Assembly: GCF_002113885.1 (NCBI RefSeq) | Contig: NW_018404481.1 | Coordinates: 795,322 to 859,321 of the forward strand | Origin: Mizuhopecten yessoensis | Lineage: Eukaryota | Direction: 5' to 3' | DNA length: 64,000 bases | In this document: piece by piece, positions 37,301 to 50,000 of the stretch | Numbering within the stretch: position 1 is the stretch's first letter | Layout: every line of letters starts with the position of its first letter | Made by a program: the position numbers and the translations under genes | Notes under the pieces: generated by a model | What the model was told of the DNA's origin: nothing | What the model saw: the letters and a program-made list of their open reading frames with translations, nothing else | Databases searched by the model: none

Positions 37301-38804
37301 TACTTATCGAATAAAATATTTATCGATAAACATTTGCGCGTTTATTATGGTAGACTGTTGTTAATCATTTTGTTTCAAATAGAGATAAATGTTTCGTTTT
37401 AATTTGCGAGGAGACCCATTTGAGGAGCTTACGTCTTCCGGGAATTTATATATTTAAGATAAAAGTTGCGAACGAAAGTTACACTATAAGGAAAGAAAGG
37501 TGATAGACATTCTCCCTTAAATTACCGACCAATTTCTCTCTNCTAAAGAAGTAATATAAAATATATAATACACGCAAAATTAGAGAGATTTTAAGTTCAT
37601 GTCAAAGGTGAGAAACTTCAGACAAACAACTAACGCGTCGACCTGAATTTTGTTTTTCTAACCATAAAATACAAACGTATCAAATGTGTCCAGGTATCAA
37701 CCCTAATGCATAAGTAAAACATTGCCTAGATATGGCAATGTATTAAATTACCTTTTTCAAATATTTTTTCTCGTTATGTTTTGTTTTCATTTCATGACAT
37801 CAACATTCCGTATCCACCTACATACACTTTTCTTGTATGACGATTTAGACATTGTGGACTTATTCTATCGGTTTAAAATGGATGCATGCGGAAGTTGTTA
37901 GATATGCACATGCACTCGACACTTCAAACTCCAAGACTACTCACACACGGCTCACCTAATAACTTTGTCATTACGCAATCGACGGTAATAAATTACAAAT
38001 AAAGTTTGAACAGATAAATAAATCTCGGTCAAATAATTGTAATCATTCATCATTTTTATTAAAAACAATCTTTCTACGAACCGGAAAACATCTATTAGAA
38101 ACCAATCAGTCATCTGTCACCACCATCTCAACCGACACATCTCATTGTTTGGAGACTCGCCCCATGTGACTCCGAAAGATTATAATTAATATGTAAGAGG
38201 AATTAAATCACATCATTGAAAAGTTGGTTTTTATTTGATCTGTCTTGTTTTATCTGAGCTGTCGTTTTCCTGACAATTATCTTAATTCCTGTGATATACG
38301 AGAAACTGTATATGGTATTTCAGTATTTGTTGGTTTGTTTAAAACGATGTTGACAGATGATTGGGTCATTCGTGTTCCATATGATATTATGTGACTTGAC
38401 TTGTGATAATCTAGACACAATAGTTCTCCACCCATAACACAAATTTAAATGTACCACTGGCTGAATTTTTATCATTTCGGGCTAATTTTCACTCAAGAGT
38501 ACAAATAAATTGTTTAGTTTCAATGATAGAAAAGCTCAATCTGTTTAAATCCTTTCTCTCCCGGTCATAACACAATATATGATGGATGTGATAATAAGGA
38601 AAATGAAAATTATATTATTCAACAAAACTGTATCTTTTAAGATTATGTTTATTAGGTCAAATAGATTATTATATAATATTATTTTCTGAGACAATTAATT
38701 CTTAAAAGCAAATCACGTTGTTTTTCTGCATTACTTACCCAGAAAATAACGTTGAAAGCAATCAAAGAGCCCTTGACATAGGGGAATGGGCAGCATTCAG
38801 CCAT
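21353..38804 (-). CDS. Tetraspanin A, 252 aa, complement(join(21353..21412,22504..22587,22846..23028,24791..24889,29426..29500,30967..31158,38739..38804))
   Basis: Seven GT-AG exons, all introns phase 0. Four TM segments, TM1 FNxxFW, GCxG..EN after TM2, EC2 with CCG, DW, PTSCC, C and GC (6 Cys), short tail. Confidence 0.93.
22504..22587 (-). CDS. Tetraspanin A exon 6: GCNVVLKDWLKSKLLIFGWGAFVFSSFQ
   Basis: 84 nt, TTCTAG acceptor, CAG|GTAATT donor. Confidence 0.92.
22846..23028 (-). CDS. Tetraspanin A exon 5: LYCCGYRDYMDW...LPTSCC...C...VYTK
   Basis: 183 nt, CCG and PxSCC motifs, GTAAGT donor. Confidence 0.95.
24118..24348. repeat. Perfect 12-bp tandem repeat (CAGTATACATAA), about 19 copies, Tspan-A intron 4
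   Basis: Direct; no variant units seen. Confidence 0.97.
24791..24889 (-). CDS. Tetraspanin A exon 4 (EC2 helices): VDIDVSNDLNYSIYHLYHYKDDTTAAIDRIQRE
   Basis: 99 nt, TTGCAG acceptor, GAG|GTATAA donor, DxIQ motif before CCG. Confidence 0.9.
26068..26303. mobile_element. PIF/Harbinger-like MITE, copy 2 (opposite orientation to copy 1)
   Basis: Same TIR, TSD CAG at 26065-67 and 26304-06. Internal AGGTTGAAA.ATGTCGTTAA is the reverse complement of the copy 1 segment. Confidence 0.85.
27520..27716. other. Assembly gap (197 N)
   Basis: Run of N. Confidence 1.
27717..27818. repeat. About 100-bp near-perfect inverted repeat (hairpin, MITE-like)
   Basis: TATTGTTGA..TTACAAGTGGCCTCTGGCAAAT..CCATAAAA pairs with TTTTATGG..ATTTGCCAGAGGCCACTTGTAA..TCAACAATA. 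Confidence 0.9.
29426..29500 (-). CDS. Tetraspanin A exon 3 (TM3): FSFSLVVIFGCQLYTCVASFYIYDK
   Basis: 75 nt, TTCTAG acceptor, AAG|GTGAGT donor. Confidence 0.9.
30440..30474. repeat. (TA)n microsatellite
   Basis: Direct. Confidence 0.9.
30967..31158 (-). CDS. Tetraspanin A exon 2: FSGPAVLGLSIW...GCLGGVNENKLLVCF
   Basis: 192 nt, CAG acceptor, GTAAGT donor. Confidence 0.93.
31305..31374. repeat. Interrupted (TG)n microsatellite
   Basis: Direct. Confidence 0.9.
32090..36255. repeat. 34-bp minisatellite (TTAAGGTTACTGACGCTAACACCCCATCTACAAT) with 43-44-bp variants, more than 100 copies, Tspan-A intron 1
   Basis: Direct periodicity over 4.1 kb. Long variants carry a duplicated ACTGACGCT. Confidence 0.97.
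38739..38804 (-). CDS. Tetraspanin A exon 1: MAECCPFPYVKGSLIAFNVIFW
   Basis: ATG, TM1 start, donor TGG|GTAAGT. Confidence 0.9.
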
Positions 38805-39127
38805 CGTCACTTGTCAGGTAGACTTCTTGGAGCAGATCATCGGGTAGATCCCAACCATGGATGTTAGCCTGTGTAAATATCTACAGGGCAGTATCACATA
38901 GTAAATCACACTAAGACCCAATAATCAGCATCAACATCTATCTGTACAGCAAGACCTGTATTGAAGAATTGTAACGTTAATTATAATGGAATATTCTACA
39001 TCCCCACAGACTGCAATCGTAATCCAGGTATAATTACCGTCTGAGAGGTTTGCGGCCGGGTAGCATGTTATCCCGGCCGTTAATCAGACCCACAGGTGTC
39101 CAACGGCCTGCTACATACACCGGTAAG

Positions 39128-39130
<3 letters not shown>

Positions 39131-39163
<33 letters not shown>
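39131..39163. repeat. (TA)n microsatellite upstream of Tspan-A
   Basis: Direct. Confidence 0.9.
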
Positions 39164-39166
<3 letters not shown>

Positions 39167-40549
39167 AGGGAGGGCGATCACGGTATGTCTACCTTGTAAT
39201 AAGCTGTCTGGTCAAATACTGTGTCAATAAATATATATTATGAGCTTATTTTTGTACAATTAAACAATAAATTTGATTAAATGATTTTGTATTTTAATTT
39301 ATATTAACTTAATTACACAAACATCCAGTAAAAGTCTATATAACTATGTTACAGTACCTGGTGTTAAGATGACAATGCTTAACAGGATCTAAGCGACTTA
39401 TCTCTACCCGTCCATCAGATCACAACGTCTACATCACTACGGTTTTGACGCATTAATGGCTGATAATGCCTTGTTTGCAGTTTTAACGCTCAAATTTATC
39501 AATATTTAATGCACTTGCACATCTTGTTTTCTTTTCTTAACTTGATAGTATACCATTTTGGCAACAGGTTTAAAATATAGTGTTAAAAAGGTGTTCATAC
39601 ATGTGCACCCTGATAAACAAATAGAAATACATTAAACCCTGCTTGGCCCGAAGTTACTGGGCGAAAAAAGTAGTTTTCTGTTAATATTGACACTTTTATT
39701 CACGAAATAGTTTCTTGAAATTTTAACAATTGTTTTCTTCATTAATACAATTGTTCTATTTATGTGCAAGATTTTTTCCCCTAAGCTTTACAGCAGCTCA
39801 TCAGCTGTGCATATATACAGTGCAACATAAAGTAAACAATTAAACAACAACAAACACACACACCAACTTCCGCACCTACTCCTCGAAGTGTAGAGAGATA
39901 TTTCTTGCACTGCTAAAAGTAATGTATCATATATATACTGCTCTACAGCTCTCAGCTTCTCCCACACAGTTAAATATGAGTGCCCACTTCTACTAGGGAA
40001 AAGATCAACCTGTCCTTAACCTTAACCTTAGGAAAAGACAGCTCACACGCGCTGTTATTGTGAAAACATCACCATCGCGTCATCACTTTATTCAGTGTTG
40101 CCAGGGGACCGTCATCAATTGCAACACACATTTCATGCGCCCATGATGATTGTGCAGTGCACTGGGTTACCTTTACAACTTATGTTTTCGTTTCGAAAGT
40201 GTGGGAGAAAAAGAATTAATCACCCCTGTGTAACAGAAAAAAAAAATCAAAATCCTTGGGTAAGATTTTTGAAATTTAGCTTGAGTCTTGCAAGCGTAAT
40301 AGATTCTATTAATCTTTTACTGTCAACGTAGCATACTAACTCGCCCGTGGTAATTTGATAGAAAATATTTTATATTATCGATGCAAATTGTAGAAAGTTC
40401 GATAGTCATTTGTTAAAGGAACTATATCATTTTCAAATGTTAAAAGTGTCCTATTGATGTAATACGTAAAATGTTTTACAACTCTATGATAAAAGTATCT
40501 AAATCTATCGATTTCACATTTAGAATGTTCTATAACCCTTATATATATA

Positions 40550-40775
40550 AAACAAAAAACACTCTTTGTTACTGTATATCATCTCATTTTCGCGAGAGAT
40601 TAATTTTCGCGGTCATCAGCAAGAGGACTCATTTGCCAATTTACTTCCTCCGCGAATATTTATTTCATAGACATATGCATACTCATGATCAAGAATTCAA
40701 GTATTAATGAATAAGGCCTTCAGGCACAGTTTGCGAAAGAAAGTACACTTGAAAATAAAGTAAGTTCAGCACTAT
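40550..40775. mobile_element. Degenerate short DNA-transposon-derived repeat (TACTGTA...TTTTCGCG type); related fragments at about 20780-20980 and 63560-63645
   Basis: Repeated TTTTCGCG/CGCGAA motifs and CTGTA/TACAG-like termini. Family uncertain. Confidence 0.45.
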
Positions 40776-41762
40776 TGAAATAACAAATGAAATGTTTCAT
40801 AATCCGAATGTATATATATCAATATATATAAACCTACTTCAGCCTCTTATGATAAAAGTCTTTCCAACTTACTGATATGATATTTGAACTATTTGAGAGT
40901 AATTTGATATAAGTACCCTACGGTACTATTGAAGTAGTATGCGAACTGTTCTAGTTTATCCAATGTTGTAAAATGCCAGGTGACACGGAAGAAATATTAG
41001 CGGTGCTGCTCAAACCCAAGATCCATTAACCTTTTGAAATCTTTTAAGTTTCTCCCCTGTTTGACAGCGTCTAGATTACATACATTGTTATACAAACTAT
41101 TCCCGTCCTGTTTGACTGAATCCAAAGCATACTTGACGTGATATGTACATTTTAAAGCACCGGGGTTTAATTTTCCTCCTAGCAACAGTGTGTGTTTACA
41201 GGCATGTGACCCCCCAACATCTGTGTTTACCTGTCGGTGACTGCTGCACTGCAAATGTGCACATGACAGGTAGGTATGCCTTTATTCGCTCATTCACATT
41301 TAAGTAGGTTATTTACCAGCCTTCTTGCTAAAAAGTATTGCCATTTAAAATTGAGTTAAATGAGGTATATTCACTTAAAATTCTTAACTTGTGTAGCATT
41401 TCATTAGAGTAAAAAAGCTACTTTGCTACGTTTTCTACAATTTTTTTACCCAATATGCTGTCGCAATGAGGAAGTAAGGGTCTAGGGATGTTAAGCGACA
41501 TTAATTTGGCATGTATGGTTAGAAGTGATAATGCTTTGATTTCAATTTGGGTTTAAGCGTTCCTCTGTTTATGTAAACATTTTTTTTTTTTTTTTTTTTT
41601 TTATCTTATGATGAATCATTAATTTCGTCAAACATTCTTTCTTGTAATTTCCTGTTTTATAAACAAACCAGTGTTATGACGAGGAGCAACTAGACAATAT
41701 ATACCTACCTCGGAGATAGTTTTGTTTGTCTTTTTTTGTAAAGAAAATCCTCAAAGCATTTA

Positions 41763-42035
41763 TGGGCGGATTGGTCGAGTGGTTAACACTCCGGCCTTCC
41801 AAGCAGGCGGCCGGGGTTTGATCCCCTAAGTAATCGTACGCATGGAATATTCAGAGAAAGTGATTTTCTCCTCCCCACAACCCAGGTGGAATATGAAATA
41901 GTCTGGGGTGGATGTTACGGTATCTGCGCTGTGGCATTCAAGTGAGGTGGCACTATAAATGATACCGTTGGAAGTACGTTCCCACTACAAAAAGAACACA
42001 AAACATCTCCAGCACACGCGCAGGCATTCACACAT
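41763..42035 (+). mobile_element. tRNA-derived SINE, family 2 (tRNA-Gly(TCC)-like head)
   Basis: A box TGGTCGAGTGG, anticodon-arm-like GCCTTCCAAGC, B-box-like GGTTTGATCCC, no proper acceptor stem, followed by an unrelated body and a CA-rich tail. Confidence 0.7.
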
Positions 42036-43270
42036 AGGTAGAAATTAGCCAGGTGGTAGAGGACTAGTAGTTAGCGCCTGATAAGGCAACTACTGCGAAT
42101 TCCTCAAAACTGTATTGATTAATGTATATGCTAATTGTATTCATTGCTTTAATAGGATGCTATATCGAATGTTGTATATTTATTTATTTAACCGACAGTT
42201 ATTATATCAAATTAGACTGACANTGCTATATCGAATGTTGTATATTTATTTATTTATTTAACCGACAGTTATTATATCAAATTAGACTGACACGGACTTC
42301 CTCTCTTTTTTGTTAAAGGGTTTGTGACCGGACTAACGAAGTTCAACTGCATGAAGAACCCTGTTTTCAGCTCGACAAGGTTCCATTTGTGGGCAAATCA
42401 AATCTTTTTAATTAAAACAAGAACTCATTTTAATACATTAATCTACGTATAAATCGTCATACAACGTATCATAAAGAATAGATGTTTACTTTGTCTGGCT
42501 TACTGTACTGAAAACCCATTTTTAAATTGGTGCTTTCTTATTCTATTTTTCATTATTGTTTCAGGCTTACTGCTAAAATGTCCATTTCAATTGTTTTCAC
42601 AAATTATTTAACATCGTACTCGCTGTAGAATGTTTTTGGGTTACCGCCCTTCTACAGTCTTACTGAGGACAAGTGTCTTTATGTTAATGTCATATATATT
42701 TTGAATGATTACATAAGCAACAAATAATAACGTCAAACAGTTTATTAACATTCACAACAGAGTTAAGAACACAACGTTGTACCATGAAACATTGTACAGC
42801 ATCAAAGAATAGCAACTGTGTTAACTGTAAATACAGTTTATATACAGCAGACACGCCTCACACTGAGTATTCAATATGTGCAGCAAAGGATGCAAATGCT
42901 TACAATGCAATGGTCATTTTAAGTAGATGCTCGTATCATCAAATGAGTCTTACTTTAAGAGTGACATCGTTAAGTTCACATATTATCTTTGGAATGCTGC
43001 GTTCCTGATGAAACTTAAATGTAAACCAAAGACTGCAATAACTAAATGAAATTGTAATTATTGAAGTAAGTTCTTCATTTCCATTTCAATGTGCAAGCTG
43101 TATTGGCTCTCTTAGTATAGAATTCATATCAATTTGCAATGAAAGCTAATCATCATCCATTCGTTTCAAAGGCCTCTATTTTCCTCATATATATAACATG
43201 CAATGTTACACAGTAACCAAATTTGACTTTCAAAGTGTTAATCAGGAATCCAAATACACATGAATGTGAA

Positions 43271-43456
43271 TTCCGTCTTTGCGTATTGCAGAGTTATCCT
43301 CTCTTGGGAGCAGGGATTGATTGTTACGTCATTGGTTTGTTTGAGAAAATTACGTCGTTTTCTCAAAAATTGATGACCTTACTCTCACAAACAAGTGACG
43401 TAACAATCAATACCTGCTCCCAAGAGAAGATAACTCTGCAATACGCAAAGACGGAA
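43271..43456. mobile_element. About 186-bp palindromic MITE, copy 1 (TIR TTCCGTCTTTGCGTATTGCAGAGTTATC...)
   Basis: About 75-bp inverted arms; three copies in the window. Confidence 0.9.
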
Positions 43457-44020
43457 GCAATATCGTGGGAAAAGTCAATTTAAAACAAAATGTTTAAAAC
43501 TCTTAATACAACAGTAATGTACACTATAATACAATAGCAAAGCTGCCCTAGGTGTTGGTTTAAACATACACAAATAAAGAGCTATTTCCAAACCATTCAC
43601 TTCACTGTTCCAAACATACAGCCAAAGTTGAAATGTCTTGATCCATCCATCAAATATAACGATTTTTTCTTCGTTTATTTGAAAATTAAACTTAAATTCC
43701 TAAATATTATATAAATCATATTTTTAAACATGTCAAAGGCGAAATTAATGCTTCACGCAAATGATTTCTACTATTAAAGGGGCGACAATTTGACTGGGCG
43801 GAAAATTTACCGGTATGCAGTATATTAAACAAACACAAATATTACTAGATTTTGATGCACAAATATAGATAGATCTTAAATTTATGGACCAACTCACCTA
43901 AATATTTCTAGGTTTAAATGAATCAATCAGACATATCAAATATATGTATGTAGGTGTAAAATATATCGGTCGAACATAACCTAGATCCATAATCATTCGT
44001 TCCATGTGAAGCTAGGTATT

Positions 44021-44086
44021 CTACGCACGGTGGCTCCACTCTCCGGCCTGCTTACATAGGCACATTGAAATGGTCATTGCAATCAA
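44021..44086 (-). CDS. Tetraspanin B exon 7: LIAMTISMCLCKQAGEWSHRA*
   Basis: TCTTTTCAG acceptor, end of TM4 with CxC, stop TAG. Confidence 0.88.
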   Translation of the reverse strand: MIAMTISMCLCKQAGEWSHRA

Positions 44087-47000
44087 CTGAAAAGATATGA
44101 CAATACAAATGAAAATAGGTTTTATTTTTAATCAAAGGACAATTGGGCATGTAAAAAGCTAACCAAGTCAAACAGCATTAACAGTAAGACAATTACAATT
44201 CTTCAGAATTAGAATGAATGTGTACCCTTGATGTGGTTCTCATGAATTGAAACCCTTTTTCTGTCAGGAAAGATATTCAGTTTTTAAAGTATTTTTGAGT
44301 GCTTTGCAGTCAAGATTAATCTAAATGTTATTTTCATTACAGTATTTTTTTCTCCAAACATAGGGACGATTTGAATAGTTTTTATATGACCCTTGTCAAA
44401 TTGAATGTATGTTGCATTGATATCAAATTAAGGTGTATTTGTTAGTATACACATAATTCGCCATGATTGAAAGGTAAAATATAACGTATAAAGGTATATT
44501 TGCACCATGTAATTTTACACTATACAACGAACCTTAACAATTTACTCCATACAATGTATCCCCCAATGTTACAATGTATCAAGCAATAGTGCATTATACA
44601 AAGTACCATATTCCGACTTTTCGTATTGCAGAGTTATCTGCTCTTGTGAGCAGGTATTGATTGTTATGTCATTTGTTTGTGAGAGTAACGTCATCCATTT
44701 TTGAGGACACGACGTAATTTTCTCACACAAACCAATAACGTAACAATCAATACCTGCTCACAAGAGAAGATAATTCTGCAATACGCAAAGACGGAATACT
44801 GTTTACACTGTAGGTTTATCATTTTTTTCTTCGTTAATGATTTATTTATTAAAATGTTCATCTTGTTATCAAAAAAGATTCCGATTGGTAGTTACAGTTT
44901 TTTGGCATTGGTATGCTTTTCAACAAAATCTAATATTTTTCTCTCCTTCAAATAGATCGAGACATTGTATGAATACAAAATAAGTATACGTGTACCATCC
45001 AATTAAACACATGTGAATAAACACACATAGGATTATAGATATAACCGTGTAATTTATGCTATCAATATATATGATAGGTTTATCTGATAAGCAACAGTTA
45101 TATGATATCAATATATATGATAGGTTTATCTGATAAGCAACAGTTATATAATCTATCAATATATATGATAGGTTTATCTGATAAGCAACAGTTATTTGCT
45201 ATCAATATATATGATAGGTTTATCTGACAAGCAACAGTTATATGCTATCAAGATATATGAAAGGATTATGTCAAGCAACAGTTATTTGCTATCAATATAT
45301 ATAATATGTTTATATGATAAGAATCAGTTATATGCTGTCACGATATATGATAGGTTTATCTATGCTATCAAGATATATGATAGGTTTATCTGATAAGCAA
45401 CATTTATATGCTATCAAGATATATGATAGGTTTATGTCAAGCAACAGCTATATGCTATCAAGATATATGATAGGTTTATGTCAAGCAACAGCTATATGCT
45501 ATCAAGATATATGATAGGTTTATGTCAAGCAACAGCTATATGCTATCAAGATATATGATAGGTTTATATGATAAGCAACAGTAATATGCTATCAAGATAT
45601 ATAATATGTTTATATGATAAGCAACAGTTATTTGCTATCAAGATATATGATAGGTTTATATGATAAGCAACAGTAATATGCTATCAAGATATATAATATG
45701 TTTATATGATAAGCAACAGTTATTTGCTATCAAGATATATAATATGTTTATATGATAAGCAACAGTTATTTGCTATCAAGATATATAATAGGTTTATATG
45801 ATAAGAAACAGGTATGTGCTATCAAGATATATGATAGGTTTATCTGATAAGCAACAGGTATATGCTATCAATATACATGATAGGTTTATCTGATAAGCAA
45901 CAGTTGTATGCTATCAATATATATGATAGGTTTATCTGACAAGCAACAGTTATATGCTATCAAGATATATGAGAGGTTTATATGATAAGCAACATTTATA
46001 TGCTATCAAGATATATGATAGGTTTATCTGATAAGCAACATTTATATGCTATCAAGATATATGATAGGTTTATCTGATAAGCAACAGTTATATAATCTAT
46101 CAATATATATGATAGGTTTATCTGATAAGCAACAACTATATGCTATCAAGCTATATGAAAGGTTTGTCAAGCAACAGTTATTTGCTATCAAGATATATGA
46201 TAGGTTTATATGATAAGCAACAGTTATATGCTATCAAGATGTATGATAGGTTTATCTGATAAGCAACAGTTATATTCTATCAAGTTATATGATAGGTTTA
46301 TCTGATAAGCAACAGTTATATAATCTATCAATATATATGATAGGTGTATCTGATAAGCAACAGTTATATGCTATCAATATATTTGATAGGTTTATCTGAT
46401 AAGCAACAGTTATTTGCTATCAATATATATGATAGGTTTATCTGACAAGCAACAGTTATATGCTATCAAGATATATGAGAGGTTTATATGATAAGCAACA
46501 TTTATATGCTATCAAGATATATGATAGGTTTATATGATAAGCAACAGTAATATGCTATCAAGATATATAATATGTTTATATGATAAGCAACAGTTATTTG
46601 CTATCAAGATATATGATAGGTTTAGACGATAAGCAACACTTATATGCTATCATGATATATGATAGGTTTTTATGATAAGCAACACTTATATGCTATCATG
46701 ATATATGATAGGTTTTTATGATAAGCAACACTTATATGCTATCATGATATATGATAGGTTTTTATGATAAGCAACAGTTATATGATATCAAGATATATGA
46801 TAGGTCTTTATGATAAGCAACAGTTATATGATATCAAGATATATGATAGGTCTTTATGATAAGCAACAGTTATATGATATCAAGATATATGATAGGTTTA
46901 TCTGATAAGCAACAGTTATTTGCTATCAATATATATGATAGGTTTATCTGACAAGCAACAGTTATATGCTATCAAGATATATGATAGGTTTATGTCAAGC

Positions 47001-50000
47001 AACAGCTATATGCTATCAAGATATATGATAGGTTTATCTGATAAGCAACAGTTATATGGTATCAATATATATGATAGGTTTATCTGATAAGCCACAGTTA
47101 TATGCTATCAATATATATGATAGGTTTATCTGACAAGCAACAGTTATATGCTATCAAGATATATGAAAGGTTTATATGATAAACAACAGTTATATGCTAT
47201 CAAGATATATGATAGGTTTATCTGATAAGCAACATTTATATGCTATCAAGATATATGATAGGTTTATATGATAAGCAACAGTAATATGCTATCAAGATAT
47301 ATAATATGTTTATATGATAAGCAACAGTTATTTGCTATCAAGATATATAATAGGTTTATATGATTAGCATCAGTTATATGCTGTCACGATATATGATAGG
47401 TTTATCTGATAAGCAACAGCTATATGCTATCAAGATATATGATAGGTTTATCTGATAAGCAACAGTTATATGCTATCAAGATATATGAAAGGTTTATGTC
47501 AAGCAACAGTTATTTGCTATCAATATATATAATATGTTTATATGATAAGAATCAGTTATATGCTGTCACGATATATGATAGGTTTATCTGATAAGCAACA
47601 GTTATATGCTATCAAGATATATGATAGGTTTATATGATAAGCAACAGTAATATGCTATCAAGATATATAATATGTTTATATGATAAGCAACAGTTATTTG
47701 CTATCAAGATATATGATAGGTTTATGTGATAAGCAACAGTTATATGCTATCAAGATATAAGATAGGTTTATAGGATAAGCAACAGTTATATGCTATCAAG
47801 ATATATGATAGGTTTATATGATAAGCAACAGTTATATGCTATCAAGATATATGATAGGTTTATGCATGTCAAGCAACAGTTATATGCTATCAAGATATAT
47901 GATAGGTTTATGCATGTCAAGCAACAGTTATATGCTATCAAGAAATATGATAGGTTTATATATGATAAGCAACAGTTATATGTTATCAAGATATATGATA
48001 GGTTTATATATGATAAGCAACAGTTATATGTTATCAAGATATATGATAGGTTTATGTCAAGCAACAGTTATATGCTATCAAGATATATGATAGGTTTATG
48101 TATGTCAAGCAACAGTTATATGATATCAAGAAATATAGGTTTATATATGATAAGCAACAGTTATATGTTATCAAGATATATGAAAGTTTTGCTAATATAT
48201 TTGAGACCAAAATTCTATCCCATGTCTCATGAGAAATTTAGATTTTTTCAAACCATGTGAGAAAAAAAACACCACTAAAAACGGCATTTCAGTAATATCT
48301 TAAGTGCAAACAAATTTACTTTTCAAATTTCCTGAGCGACCTTTTTAAAGACATTACGAATACGTAACACAGTCACAACGGTAGTATGTACATTTGTCTA
48401 CACCGTCGCCACCCTTGCAGTGTAAATACTGTATTGCACAATAAATACATATATAATATTGCTTGTACCAATAATATAATGTAACAGTTTAGTTGTTCAT
48501 TAGCATATATCAGTTGACAACTGTACACACCACCTACCTGGATAAACACTACGCAGATGGACACAGCTGAAATCACCTGTACATTGTCCTTCAGCCAGGA
48601 AACCAGTTTTGTCTTACATCCCTGAATGGATAAAAAGAGCATCAAGTTCATACATACATGTACAGTATAACAAATACAATAAATTGTGAAACTACCAATA
48701 AAAAAATATAGTATAAAAATGGTCCCATCCAGGACTTTGGATTAATAATGACCTACGTGAGAAAATCTATTTACACAATACCACTAATACAATATTGTTT
48801 TTGTATTGAATATTTGAACATTTATCTTTATTCAGCCGTCAGCAAATCAAACTTGATCAACTGGGAATTTTGTGATAAAAACAACAGGACTGTACTTTGA
48901 TGTGGATCTTTGTGGGAAGAACCTGCTCGTTACACATCGGCTCGTTCTGGTTGAAGCAGCAAGAGATCGGGACAGCCACCACGGAAGTGTTGAAGGTTTC
49001 AGAATGTCCCCAGTCAAACGGGCTGTTGTACCCACAACAACTAAACTAAAACAGGTACAAAAAGTCAAACGTAATAGAAGTCTCCCTGAGTAAACTCAGA
49101 CTAATGTAACTGACATAACAGTTATATTACCAGAACACCATTCGATAGCACAAATTATTACTATGGTTATTTTTTTTTTCATTCTATAATATTTTTTTAA
49201 TAAACAGAAATAGGAAAAGGGGCATAACTCTCGACGTTGAATAAATAAACATAAGAGAAAATGAGCGTTGTTGCATATAACTGTAGAGTGTGGTTGTTAT
49301 GTCTGTGAAACGTCATTTCTTTTTCATTGAAACCGATAACGGATACTGTCGACAAGATTTGGATAAGCATTTTGCAAAATGGGAATAACTTCTATAAAAA
49401 AGTCAGGTCGTAAAATTAGCCTAGGTGCAAAACCTTACAGCATGAAAAAAAATTAGATCAGATTTGGCTAATATTTTGTAGAGGGGGCATAACTCCTATA
49501 AATCCGGTAACCCTACCAACCCTATTTGTTTGTGCCCACCCTAAACTTTTTAAGGCATTTTTCAAAAAGCACTGTTAAACTCTCCTATATAAACCATATG
49601 AAATTATTTGTAAAAATAAAATGTGTTCCCTACCTACCTACCCTAAGTGTTTCCAACATGTAACAGGAAACATATATATATATATATATATATAGTCTGG
49701 TCTAAGGAGAACAGGTGATGATTACACCGGTGAAGTTTAAGGAATTCCGGAAAAGATTAAGGTTTACTTGTCCAGACAGACGGGTGGAAGGAGGTGAACA
49801 TTTCTCATTTTTATGAAGAACATTTCATTAAATTGGGATACTACTCACAACATGAATGTGATAAATTGCCGGTATAAGATTTCACAAAATAAAATCCAAC
49901 AAGTGCTTTTGGTCTTTACCGGTGTTTTTTTTTTTTTTTAATTTTAAATACCTTATTTTGAAGCTAATTGAACAAAACTGAATGGGGTTGCATGGCATAG

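Noticed and set aside
40997-41254. 85-aa minus-strand ORF with faint similarity to a LINE 3' end (NSL...FKR)
   Set aside because: Too weak to call as a gene or a LINE without a search.
41763-41830. tRNA-Gly gene
   Set aside because: A and B boxes and a TCC loop are present, but the acceptor stem does not pair and a SINE-like body follows.
42158-42292. About 65-bp direct duplication
   Set aside because: The copies are separated by a single N (42223) and differ by one TTTA unit, which is typical of an unmerged contig overlap between alleles.
34517-48260. Repetitive ORFs at 34.5-35.8 kb and 45-48 kb
   Set aside because: Translations of the intronic 34-bp and 46-bp minisatellites.
48847-49093. 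Track ORFs 48847..49068 (-) and 48872..49093 (+)
   Set aside because: Alternative-frame and antisense shadows of Tspan-B exon 5; the true frame reads FSCCGYNSPFDW.
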